Part shown: positions 39,404-50,724 of the stretch, piece after piece | How the letters are laid out: each line of letters begins with the position of its first letter | Numbering within the stretch: the first letter of the stretch is position 1 | Assembly: GCF_001194135.2 (NCBI RefSeq) | Contig: NC_068992.1 | Span: 4,541,911 to 4,605,910 of the forward strand | Direction of reading: 5' to 3' | Source of the DNA: Octopus bimaculoides | Taxonomy: Eukaryota | Length of the DNA: 64,000 bases | Made by a program: the position numbers and the translations under genes | Notes under the pieces: generated by a model | Seen by the model: the letters and a program-made list of their open reading frames with translations, nothing else | Told to the model about the DNA's origin: nothing | Databases searched by the model: none

Positions 39404-39930
39404 TACACCGTCCGATGGGTAAATTGTCACCATTTCATATTTTTAATTTTGCGCATTCGTTTTATTTGCTTTCAAGTTTGTCAAGTACACAGTAAACCAG
39501 TGTCAGTTGGGCCCTGTCCGTGAAAAGAACAGCAGCATGACGCACGCCAATCTCCCCAAAATTTGGAAACGACTTGTTGCATCGCTTGGCATTCGGACGG
39601 AGACTCCAATACGAATATTTCAGTGTGTTTGGGTATCGATCTAAGTGATTGCCGTGCCTCGAAAACATATATTGAGAGTGATAAAAATTAAACTTCCAGT
39701 CAACATTATGGTGTTTGGAGTGATTACTAAGGATACCTCCCTTCATCTTTCTACATGCCCTCAGACTCAAATGGACACGGAAGCCTACATTAAGTGCCTG
39801 GAGGAGGTAGTGCTGCCCTGGGTGAAGAGGGTTGGTGCTGGAAGACCCTGTGTCTGGCAACAGGACTCTGAACCATACTACATAAGCAGGAGGATTCTTG
39901 TCTAATGCGGATCTTGTATGAGCATGTACA
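39404..39930 (+). mobile_element. Internally deleted Tc1/mariner-superfamily element resembling the DD37D (maT) class
   Basis: TA-CACCGTCCGATGGGTAAATTGTCACC left end; decayed N-terminus near 39536; then a jump to KIKLPVNIMVFGVIT..TEAYIKCLEEVVLPWVKRVGAGRPCVWQQDSEPYYISRR (second catalytic D in QQDS). First and third D regions are missing, so DD37D spacing cannot be verified. Confidence 0.85.
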
Positions 39931-39998
39931 TGTGAAATAAAATTGGACAACAAAGCCAAGACTTTGTGGAACTTTCAGGTCATTTATAGAGAAAGATA

Positions 39999-40045
39999 GT
40001 CTTACAGTTGTTTCTGGGGTATTAGGATATCCCTTCATCAGAGAC
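39999..40045 (-). ncRNA. Near-intact minimal type I hammerhead ribozyme motif
   Basis: Minus strand GUCU-CUGAUGA-A-GGGAUAU(CCUA)AUACCCC-A-GAAAC-AACU-GUA/AGAC: 4-bp stem I, stem II with one mismatch, 2-bp stem III with tetraloop, GUA triplet; one extra A before G12. Confidence 0.75.
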
Positions 40046-40834
40046 GATGTCAAAGGGTTAAATAGAGGGAAATGTTGGAAAAGAAGGAAATGAGGAGTAT
40101 TGAGGGAAACAAGAGAATGAATGTAGAAATAAAAATATATAAAGATGTTATAATTACAGTTTTATTATGCAAGGAAAGTGGTGTGTAGATGTGGTAGAAA
40201 TGCTGCATGTCCATGGCGTGTAAACTCCATATTTTGTCATTTCAAATGGAGAGTGTGGAGACGTATAGAAAGAGAGAAAGAGAGAAAGATATAGAAAGAG
40301 GAGAGAGAGAGACGTGCTTTAATCCAAGACGAACACCAGTTTGTCTATGGTATAAGCTTGAAAGAGATTCGTAACATGAAGCTAATGATAGCCTTAAGTC
40401 ACAACTAATTATCCTCCAATGCAGTGTAAACACTTATTGTCATTGTTTTATATTTACGTCCTAGAGGTTCGACAAAAGTGACGGATAGAATATGTAACAG
40501 ATTAAAGAATAATTAATGATTGTTGTCTATTTGTGCTTAGCATGTCCCCAGTCTATTGAATGAAACAAGTATAAAAGTATTTCTACTCATAGTTCATTTC
40601 TGGAACGTTGGAACTCGGATCACACCGCGCTTTAAATAAAACCGATTTAAAAACCTTTTATTTTTTGGATTAACTTTACCAAAAGAACTTCCACAATTTT
40701 CATGTGTTCAACTAAAAAGGGATGGTTATATGTCCTGATTTGGATGGGTATTATTTATACATACATCCTGTAAGTGGTTGTCTATAAAAGTTACATATTT
40801 ATTCCTCTAGATTTGTAGACATATAAAAGAAACC

Positions 40835-41041
40835 ATTATATAACAGGTACAAGGTCTAAAATTTTTGGTGGTGGGGCTCAGTCGAATAACTCGACCCAGT
40901 GCCCAACAACGTCTTATTTTATCGACCAGGAAAAAATGAAAGGCAAATCCGTCCTCATCGGTATTTGGACTACGAACGTAAAGTCGGAAGAAATACCACC
41001 AAACACTCTTTCTTGTATGCTACCGATTCTGCCAGCTCGTC
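40835..41041 (-). mobile_element. SINE family A, near full length
   Basis: ggtacaaggtctaaaatttt..agtcga..ttttatcgacc..atgaaaggcaaa..gaacgtaaagtcggaagaaatacc..ttctgccagctcg. Confidence 0.85.
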
Positions 41042-43651
41042 AAAGTAAGGACATTAGTTATTCAAGAATTACATGAATGTTTATGCGCAAGTGAAACATT
41101 GAGATTTTATGTAGTAATGATATTTTGTAATCTACTCTGCTAACAGTAAGTACACAAACACACACATACACACTCGCACATACACATATGTACACACACA
41201 CTAAGAGAAACATTGATGGATGCTTATAAAATGATGATATGTGCAATATCAAAAGAGCACGACTACACCACATACATAAAACTTGAGTCAGCGAGTACGA
41301 TATTGATGTGAAAAGGGATACCTCTAAACTGATTCAAAGGTCACGGAGCATGCCATTATTTATATACTTGGCATGGTATTTGATTACATATGAATGTGAT
41401 AAGAAGTTTGGAAAACCGTTATTTTAAGCGTAGTTCATTAATCCCAATCACACTTGCATGACATTTTCGGTCTTGTTGAAATACCGATTTTTTTGTACAA
41501 GCAACGATTGAATGTAACCAAAGATTTAAAACAGAAATTGTTGAGAATTCCAGAAGTGAATGTCAATTTGTGGGAAAACAGCAGTACTGTGCTCAATGGT
41601 TTTCATAACTGATTCTTCAAATCAAATGTTTCGCAAGGAATATTGTGTTATAACATACTGTGCACTTTTTTTTTCCGCTGCGTAAATTGATTAGATCAGC
41701 TTATTTATTTGATCAATTTGATTAAGAACCATTTCAGTCATTTCACCATCTGTCATAAAGGAAAAATTAAAAGTTTGTATTGATATTGCTCATTTAGATA
41801 TTCATTTGCTCCAGCACACTGTAATTTCTGAAGGCATATATTTAGTATATACAAAAAGGCCACACACTAACGTTTTTTTCTTGACCTCGACAATCATTTG
41901 ATACATCAGCATTATTCCATTAAAACAAGACGTTGAGTCAGACACACTTAGGATTGTCTTTATTTACTTGACTTAATACTTTAACAGCATATACGGCATC
42001 CTTCACAGTAAACCGCTTTGAAAATGTTCATAACTTCACATGCCGATGTGACCTTGAATCTTTCATTGCATACTCCAGTGCTCAGTTCAATAGAGTTATT
42101 TGGTTCTCGAGAACATTTGGCTAAGTATTACACTGTCATAGAAGCAAATGGGTCAAGTCTCTGGCTTAATAATACTTTACTTCCTTCCTCCTCTCTATCA
42201 AACTCTGAGCTTCTCAAACTGATTATAAGCACTGTCTTAATAAATGAGCGATACAAAATATAACTCTGTATTATCTAAAAAACAAAAGTAATAAAAAACA
42301 CAAGAAGCAATTATTTCAAAAGTTTCAAAAGAATCTCAATAGAAATGTGAGATGCTGTTGAGAGAATACAAGACAAGACTGAACGTTGAAAGAAAGAAAA
42401 CTAAAACGAACGAAGAAACAAATATAGAAAGAAAAAAGCGCATTCAATAAATCTTACATTTTCGTTGGCAGTTTTTATGTCAATGATTATTAAATCACTT
42501 TTCTATATTGACAGCATTTGTACAGTTTCTGTTAATTTCCATTAAAAAGTAATCACTATATACCGCATCTGTATGGTGTCATATAATGAAAGACTTAAAT
42601 GATATACAATGTAATCCCGGTGGTATTATGAATGTTATGTGGGTATTTAAGAATATTAAATTAAGAATTGAATTTTGATATAGAAGATTAAATATTATAT
42701 CTGATCACAGTAGACATTTGAAACATGTTAAAAGTGAGAGAAATAATTTTAATACACCGGTAGTGTCAATATTGACGTGAATAATGAATGTGATGTGTAA
42801 ACGTCGGAGGGACAGAGGGAAAAATGTATGAGAGAATAGTCTTCAAAAAATATGTAGTCTCTTCTAGCTAAGTATGTTTATATAATGACATCTATTGATA
42901 CAGCATTCAAATAATCGCAACTAACATCAAAATAAAGTCGAATAATTTGTTGAAGTCCTTTTGATGCAAATCTGCATTTAAGTGAATATATGATGATAAT
43001 AATATATACGTGGAGATGGTTGTATATGATTTTGAATGGGTGATATATATAAAAATGACATCCTACCGAATTTTACAAGCTAACAGTCCTCTCCTGTATA
43101 TATGTTTTACAAACCCAGAGTTCAACACCAATATGAGCAGGATATGCTACAAAATACAAAACAAAAACTACAACGATAAACAAAAAAGAAAAACATATTA
43201 CGATTTTGTACTTGGTCTATCAAACCATATGATATAAGAGACAATCAAGGACACTTGATTCTGCTATGCTAATCTAAAAAATGAAAATTCATGTACAGCA
43301 GAATATGTATATATATATATATATATATATNNNNNNNNNNNNNNNNNNNNNNNNNNNNNNNNNNNNNNNNNNNNNNNNNNNNNNNNNNNNNNNNNNNNNN
43401 NNNNNNNNNNNNNNNNNNNNNNNNNNNNNNNNNNNNNNNNNNNNNNNNNNNNNNNNNNNNNNNNNNNNNNNNNNNNNNNNNNNNNNNNNNNNNNNNNNNN
43501 NNNNNNNNNNNNNNNNNNNNNNNNNNNNNNNNNNNNNNNNNNNNNNNNNNNNNNNNNNNNNNNNNNNNNNNNNNNNNNNNNNNNNNNNNNNNNNNNNNNN
43601 NNNNNNNNNNNNNNNNNNNNNNNNNNNNNNNNNNNNNNNNNNNNNNNNNNN

Positions 43652-43710
<59 letters not shown>

Positions 43711-44822
43711 TCTAAATACGAATGCTTTCAATGTAGAGTAACTTACTGCGGTTCATCTGTTATAGATTTATACAATAGCTACATGGATAAAAATGATTTC
43801 ACTTACAAAACACATCCATCTTCTCGACTGCGCTTCTCTAATATACTAAATAATGTCCTACTTAATCATTGGTTGCAACGTTACTAATAGCGCCTTCATC
43901 TTTACTTATGTCTACATTAGCAACAAAATTGGAACGATTGTCAATACTATGAACAAATCAAAAATGGTATTTGTCTGAGAATAAAACTAACACATTAATT
44001 ATTATATTAACAATAACAATGACAAAATAATATTATTATAGCTGTTTTATAATAATCTATTTTCATTATTGTTTTGGTACCACAAGGTTATTTTGTCACA
44101 TTTTTACAGATATTGATACTGAAATTTAATGTACACTGTTTTCATAATTAATATAATAATTATCTTAGCTATCGATGTTATTATTCTTTTGAAATATATT
44201 ATTTTGCCTAAAATAATGTCGGTTAAGCCCAATATACTAAATTCCATGCAGTAAGCATTATCAATCTACGACATAAATATATATATACATATATATACAC
44301 ACACTCATACACACACACACAAATATATATNNNNNNNNNNNNNNNNNNNNNNNNNNNNNNNNNNNNNNNNNNNNNNNNNNNNNNNNNNNNNNNNNNNNNN
44401 NNNNNNNNNNNNNNNNNNNNNNNNNNNNNNNNNNNNNNNNNNNNNNNNNNNNNNNNNNNNNNNNNNNNNNNNNNNNNNNNNNNNNNNNNNNNNNNNNNNN
44501 NNNNNNNNNNNNNNNNNNNNNNNNNNNNNNNNNNNNNNNNNNNNNNNNNNNNNNNNNNNNNNNNNNNNNNNNNNNNNNNNNNNNNNNNNNNNNNNNNNNN
44601 NNNNNNNNNNNNNNNNNNNNNNNNNNNNNNNNNNNNNNNNNNNNNNNNNNNNNNNNNNNNNNNNNNNNNNNNNNNNNNNNNNNNNNNNNNNNNNNNNNNN
44701 NNNNNNNNNNNNNNNNNNNNNNNNNNNNNNNNNNNNNNNNNNNNNNNNNNNNNNNNNNNNNNNNNNNNNNNNNNNNNNNNNNNNNNNNNNNNNNNNNNNN
44801 NNNNNNNNNNNNNNNNNNNNNN

Positions 44823-44877
<55 letters not shown>

Positions 44878-45754
44878 GTATATAAAGATATATATGTATA
44901 TATGTATAGGGAGATGCATGCGTGTATGTGTATAGCCATACAACGCACACGCAAATATATGAAGAGCAGCTATGTCCCTTTTGTCGCTCACTATAGAAAG
45001 TATAATCAGTGCAATGAAATTCACGAAGCAATCATCCTAAAATTTTCCTATTTCCTTTTAACACTCACACATACATAGAGGCAGCCATGCACACACGCAC
45101 ATACATACACACTCACACACATACATATAAATACACGGACACACAAACACACATACAAGCACACGCACACATGCACTCACATGTATGTATACAATATATG
45201 CAATAGTATCGAACAACGAGAATACGTGATGAAATCTCCTTTTTATGATAAATTATTTATGTGCGGATGGACAATGTTGTCAATGATTTTGAGTGGAAAT
45301 CTTTTTGCTCAGTCTTGAAGCGATTCGATTTTAAATGCTGGTAATCACCTCTATTTTGGATGAGAATACACGAGTTTAAACGAGTCTATGGGAGATTTGA
45401 AAATGGATACACATATCAGGATAGGAAACAGATAAAGATATCTCTTGTATTGGCCCTGAATATTTTTAAATATTTGCGTTCACTATAGATAAAGTAATCT
45501 CTGGTAAACAAAACTAATCACAAGAACAAAACAAAAGCAAAAAACCGACTCCGGGCTAATACAAGAGAAATGATACGTAACAGATCTTTATTCATCACAT
45601 CCTCAGGTCTGGATATTCAATTCTTGCAGTGCAAAGCGGAGGTAATTACATACATGCTTCAATAAATTGCTTGAAGAAAGTGGAAATTCTTTCACATGAA
45701 AGCAATGTTAGCATTGTTAACCCTTAACACACACGCACACATACAAACACAGAC

Positions 45755-45806
<52 letters not shown>

Positions 45807-46438
45807 ACACATATATTTGTGTGTATGTAAGTGTGTTTGTGTGTTTGTTTATGTTTGTGTATGTGTGTGTTGCGAAAAGCTACCAAATTTCTAACGTTTT
45901 GCTACAGGTTCTCTGCATATTGTTCTCGCTTGTTGCACATGGAAAATTATGAGAGTAAACTGACCTTTTAGTCCTTTACAAGTCAAACATAGATGAAGGC
46001 TGACACAGTGCAAAATCGTTTGCATGCTTTGTTTACGAAAGATAGAACTTAGTGACCTCCAATTGGTTCCCTTTCTTTGGTCCCTTGGCCGCTTGTCTCT
46101 TTCTCATTCATGCATGACCTTTCATCGTATAAGAAAAGAACAATTAATCTTTTATCTGCGAAGACCCTCTCGCGCTTTCTCTCTATATATGAACCGAACT
46201 ATCTACAGAATTAATCCAGTGTACCACGATGACAATGATAAATAGAGGACCATTTCAACGATCAATTAATATCTTCTTCGCTCATTTATTCGGTGCATAT
46301 TATCGTTACACATAAAGATATTACTTGATGATTTCCGATGTTTGTAAATAATTCAAATTGAATCTTACACTTAACCGTAACAGATCACTGATTTCCGACA
46401 TTCATAAATCGCTATACGTAACCTTTGCATATACATAC

Positions 46439-46501
<63 letters not shown>

Positions 46502-48147
46502 GTTAAAACTTATAGAAAAACAAAAGACGAAGGCAGGTGTATGAACAAGAACCCGATGTATTAGTTTGACGCCCGGGAAATTGGAAAAGTCTTTTACATT
46601 TCGAGCTTAGGATCTTCAACAGAGAGGAAAAATAAAAATAATAAACAAAGAATAAAAAAAAACCTGTAGATTCAGCGGTCAAGCATGGTGAATAATTACA
46701 AAAAAAAGTTTGAAAGATGGGGTTGAAAGCAAGGGAGATAATAAAGTGCTGGTAATCCTAAATAAAGAGGCGTGTGTGTGTGTGTGTCTGTCTGTGAGAA
46801 TGGTGTGTGTGAATGTGTAAGTGTGTGTATACATACACATACAGATACACTCACACACACCCACACACACACAAACACACACACAAACACACACACATAT
46901 ATATATATATATAGACTCATACGTACATACAAACAGATATGCACATGTAATTGTCTAAGATCTTTGAATTCCATGCCGACACATATTTGTACTCCAAAGA
47001 ATAAAATACAAAAAAAATAAATGGTAAAAATGATAGCCGATGAAAACAAAATAATTTCAGCCAATGTATACAAATCCATTCAGAATGCGGAGTTGTGTAT
47101 TTCCTTAACCATTCATCACAAAATGTATATTATCTTGGTGATAATTCTATTTCTATTTTTAACCAATTCATTTCCTCACTCGTTGAAAAGAAGCTATCAT
47201 CAAGTGATGCCAGAGAACATTGAAAGTAATTAGAGTCCACATGTCCACATGGGAACTCAAGTACGAGCACACATGTACAATTAGAGATGCGTTTGTACAC
47301 CAATACACGCATTTGCATTAAGAGTATTACATAAACATACACTCAACTGTCTGATGCTTAACACTTTACAGTATCCAAGTTATCTGTTGCGATCTATAAT
47401 CTTCTGTCCTCTTCATCATTCCCAAAGTGAGATGACTATTAGATTGCTGAAATGAAAGCTCTGTCTATTTGATGGACATTAACCTCAAGGGTAATTAAAT
47501 GGATCGTTTAATAACTGAAATTCTAACTTCATGACAACAACAAAAAATAGACGTTTCACATTTTAAGACAAAACACCGTAAATGAATTTTAAAAAGAAAA
47601 GAAACAAAACACGAATCATCATCAAAAAAAAATATATATATTTAATAAAAACTACATCAACATCATATAAAAAAAAATCTATAAGATTCTCTAATTATAT
47701 CCTTGCGCTAAAATGTAATTAATGTTATCATCACTCATTTAAGGTTATTTCGTATTCTACTTTAATCACTATTTTTTCAGAATTGTTTCGTTGTTGCCTA
47801 TTTAGAAAACAAACAAAAAATAAGAATAAAAAGAGACCTCTCCCCCTCCAGAGAAATGTAACAGCAACAACACCAACAAATGAATTGTAGAAATTTGTTT
47901 GATTTTTGGTTAAAAAGACAACTTGGCACGAAGTAGTTTTTATTTTATAAAGACCACAAGAAGCCTTATCATCTTTATACACAATAAAATACAACAACAT
48001 TTAAGATAAAATATAAACGAGAATGGTTTTTGTGTAAATTGTTTCTAGAGATTTCTCAACACTGTAATGGCTGTCTGGTTAGAAAGCATGTTGGCAACAG
48101 CCTTTTTTCCAGGTTGGATACTATTATTCTACTACGCGGGTGCCAAT

Positions 48148-48310
48148 GAGCAGGTGTGGCTGTGCGGTAAATACTTTGATTCCCAAACATATAATTCCGG
48201 GTTCTGTCACACTGACACATAGCACAAGTGTGTTGTGCTAGCGGTTCAAGGCCGTCCAGCGTATTCTGAGACGATGTGATGGAAGGAAATTAAAAAGCTT
48301 GTGGTATATT
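48148..48310 (+). mobile_element. SINE family B head, degenerate
   Basis: gcaggtgtggctgtgcggtaa..ttcccaa..ttccgggttctgtcac..gcacaagtgtgtt..ggaaggaaattaaaaagc. Confidence 0.7.
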
Positions 48311-48317
48311 TTATTTA

Positions 48318-48569
48318 TACATTAATCCGGCGCCATATCGCGGCTAACCTATCGCGGTTAACCTATCGCGGTTAACCTATCGCGGTTTATTATTTAAGCT
48401 TGCGTCTTAGTGTTGTTTTGCATTAATAATAAAATAAATATATACAAATTATAGATACAAAATATAGTAAAAAAATATACATTACAGTACTCTTTCTACT
48501 TCGAAAATTTTCACCTAATGTTGGGTGGGGTTGGAGCGTAACACCAACGATAGTCGAGGGATTACTGTT
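48318..48569. mobile_element. pogo/Tigger-like MITE (~250 bp) with imperfect TIRs
   Basis: Left end TA-CATTAATCCGGCGCCATATCG (48320) vs reverse complement of the right end CAGTAATCCCTCGACTATCG (ends 48567); CAGT-type TIR and TA target are typical of pogo/Tigger. Right TSD reads TT. Confidence 0.7.
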
Positions 48570-48699
48570 TATATTAACACAAATGCGCTGATGCTCACTA
48601 CAGCTGTCTCAGATGTTTGTCACTGAAGAAGAAATCAATTACATTACATAAAAAAACCCGTTATCTTCAGGTGAAAAGAAATTAAAATGAAATTTAAAA

Positions 48700-49090
48700 T
48701 TTTGAATTCTTACACAAGGTGTATAGACACCTTGTTGACTCTCATCCGGCACCTTGCTTTGAGAGGAGATTGGGGAATGCCATTTTGATGTTGAACATAC
48801 GTGGTGATAAACCTCTCCACAACCTCTAGAGGATGCTTTTTGGTATTCCTTGTTTTTCAGTTGACTTCCAATCAGCCTATGAGTGTGTCACAGACCGAGT
48901 TTGAACGTGACATGGATCCTCTTCCATGTTTAACAGTTGGATCCTCCTCCGTGTTTAACAGTTGGAAGAAGGTAGTCTGGGTCAAATGCGTCTTTTGGTT
49001 GTCTCCACACGCGCACTCACCGGTGATCGGAAATAAGGTAAAAGATGACTCGTCCCAGAAAATAACATTCTTCCACTGCTCTAGGGACTA
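48700..49090 (-). mobile_element. Tc1 transposase catalytic-domain relic
   Basis: Minus strand LEQWKNVIFWDESSFTLF / frameshift / VRVWRQPKDAFDPDYLLPTVKHGGGS, the Tc1 first-D region and TVKHGGGS motif; 25-bp tandem duplication at 48914-48963 over the KHGGGS codons. Confidence 0.85.
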
Positions 49091-49152
49091 ATTCTATAGG
49101 TTTTTACTCCACTCTTTTGCTGTGGTTAGAGTTTAGGATTTTAAAGATACGT

Positions 49153-49209
<57 letters not shown>

Positions 49210-49815
49210 NNNNNNNNNNNNNNNNNNNNNNNNNNATATATCTGTGTGTGTGTATATGTGTGTGTGTATGTGTGCGTGTGTGTGTATGTGTGTGTGCGTG
49301 TGTGTGTATGTGAATGCGTGTGTCGCTTGTGTATGTGTTTGTGTTTGTGTACACAATGAATAAGACTGAGAGGAATGGATTTATATGAGAGCAAGAGAAG
49401 GAGGGAGAATGAGTGTGTGTGTGTGTGTGTGTGTGTGCAGGTCTTTGGAAATCATAGTTAGGAAGAAGAGCAAAGCGAAATGTGAGCAACACTTGAAAAT
49501 CCTTGAGATATATAATAGTATTATGAGTTTACAAAATATTATTAATTAGATAGTATGTACGTGATAAAGATGGGTTCGACGATTGCATTGTCGAGTGTGC
49601 TGATAAAAGTAACGTGGACTTTTACGCATCCATTGACTATAAAACAGTTTTAAATTAGGTTATCTTAATAAACTTGTACTCTCTTTATAGCGAAAATGAT
49701 AGCTAATTGCATTTATAAACGCATCGAAGCATTCTTCAGTACGTTGCAGAGGTTGGTTGCACACTTATTTCTTTCTCTTTTCACACATTCTCTGTCTTTC
49801 TATACACACAGTACT

Positions 49816-49879
<64 letters not shown>

Positions 49880-50505
49880 GTGCATATATTCTTTTATTCT
49901 ATTCTTGTATATATTTTAGCCCTAAGGTTTTGGCCATGCTGGAGCACCGATATATACATATATAACCATGTATGTGCACATATATATGTTAATATCTGTG
50001 TGTATATAAGTAATATATATGCTTGTGTGAGTATGCATACGTGTATATACATATATGTGGTGTGTGTGTGTGTGTTATTGTTTATGTTCGTACATATATT
50101 ATTTCAGTCTCTAGCCTTCTGTTTCTCTTCTTATTTACTAGATTTGTTTCTTTCTTCCCTGTGACTAGATGAAGGGCCCCGGATTTCTAACTACATATAA
50201 ACGCTTCATCCAAATGTTAATTTTGTATTATTTGATATTCTGTCTGATGAATTTCTAATAGTAGATATGTTGCATTTTCTACTCCATGTACAAATTTGTA
50301 AATCTTACTAGCAAAAGAGTCATGTGTAGTGCTGAATAAATAATACCAAAGACCTTTAAACCTCCACCCCCTTCATTTCCAAAGTCATATATACATGCAT
50401 GCATACATTAATATATGCGGATGTTTAAACATATAATCTTCTGTGCATATGTGTGTGTCCGTGTGTATATGTGTACGTGTATAACCGTATATTAATATAT
50501 ATTTC

Positions 50506-50724
50506 AAAGTTGTAGTATATTGTAAACTTAATGTGACAATCCCAATAAAGGAACACACTACTGCCGTTTAGCCCTAGGAAGCTGGACCGCTTCCTGTCGG
50601 CCTTGACACAATTACTGTGTCCTTAAGTTTGCGAAGGGGAGACAGTAATTTCCTAGGGCTAAACGGCAGTAGTGTGTTCCCTTATTGGGATTGTCACATC
50701 AAGTTGACAATATACTACAACTTT
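50506..50724. mobile_element. Fold-back/MITE-like palindrome with 75-bp inverted arms
   Basis: 50506-50580 and 50650-50724 are reverse complements with 3 mismatches; a further imperfect inner inverted pair at 50610-50624 / 50634-50650. Confidence 0.85.

Noticed and set aside
45607-45641. 35-nt micro-exon candidate (cctcAG..GAG|GTAATT)
   Set aside because: Splice-like sites alone; no way to choose a frame or link it to other exons.
48714-48735. Perfect 9-bp hairpin acaaggtgt-atag-acaccttgt
   Set aside because: Short enough to occur by chance in 64 kb and lies within the Tc1 relic.
31435-49455. Identical 15-mer gcaggtctttggaaa at about 31435 and 49437
   Set aside because: A 15-bp match between two sites in 64 kb of AT-rich DNA is expected by chance; flanks do not align.
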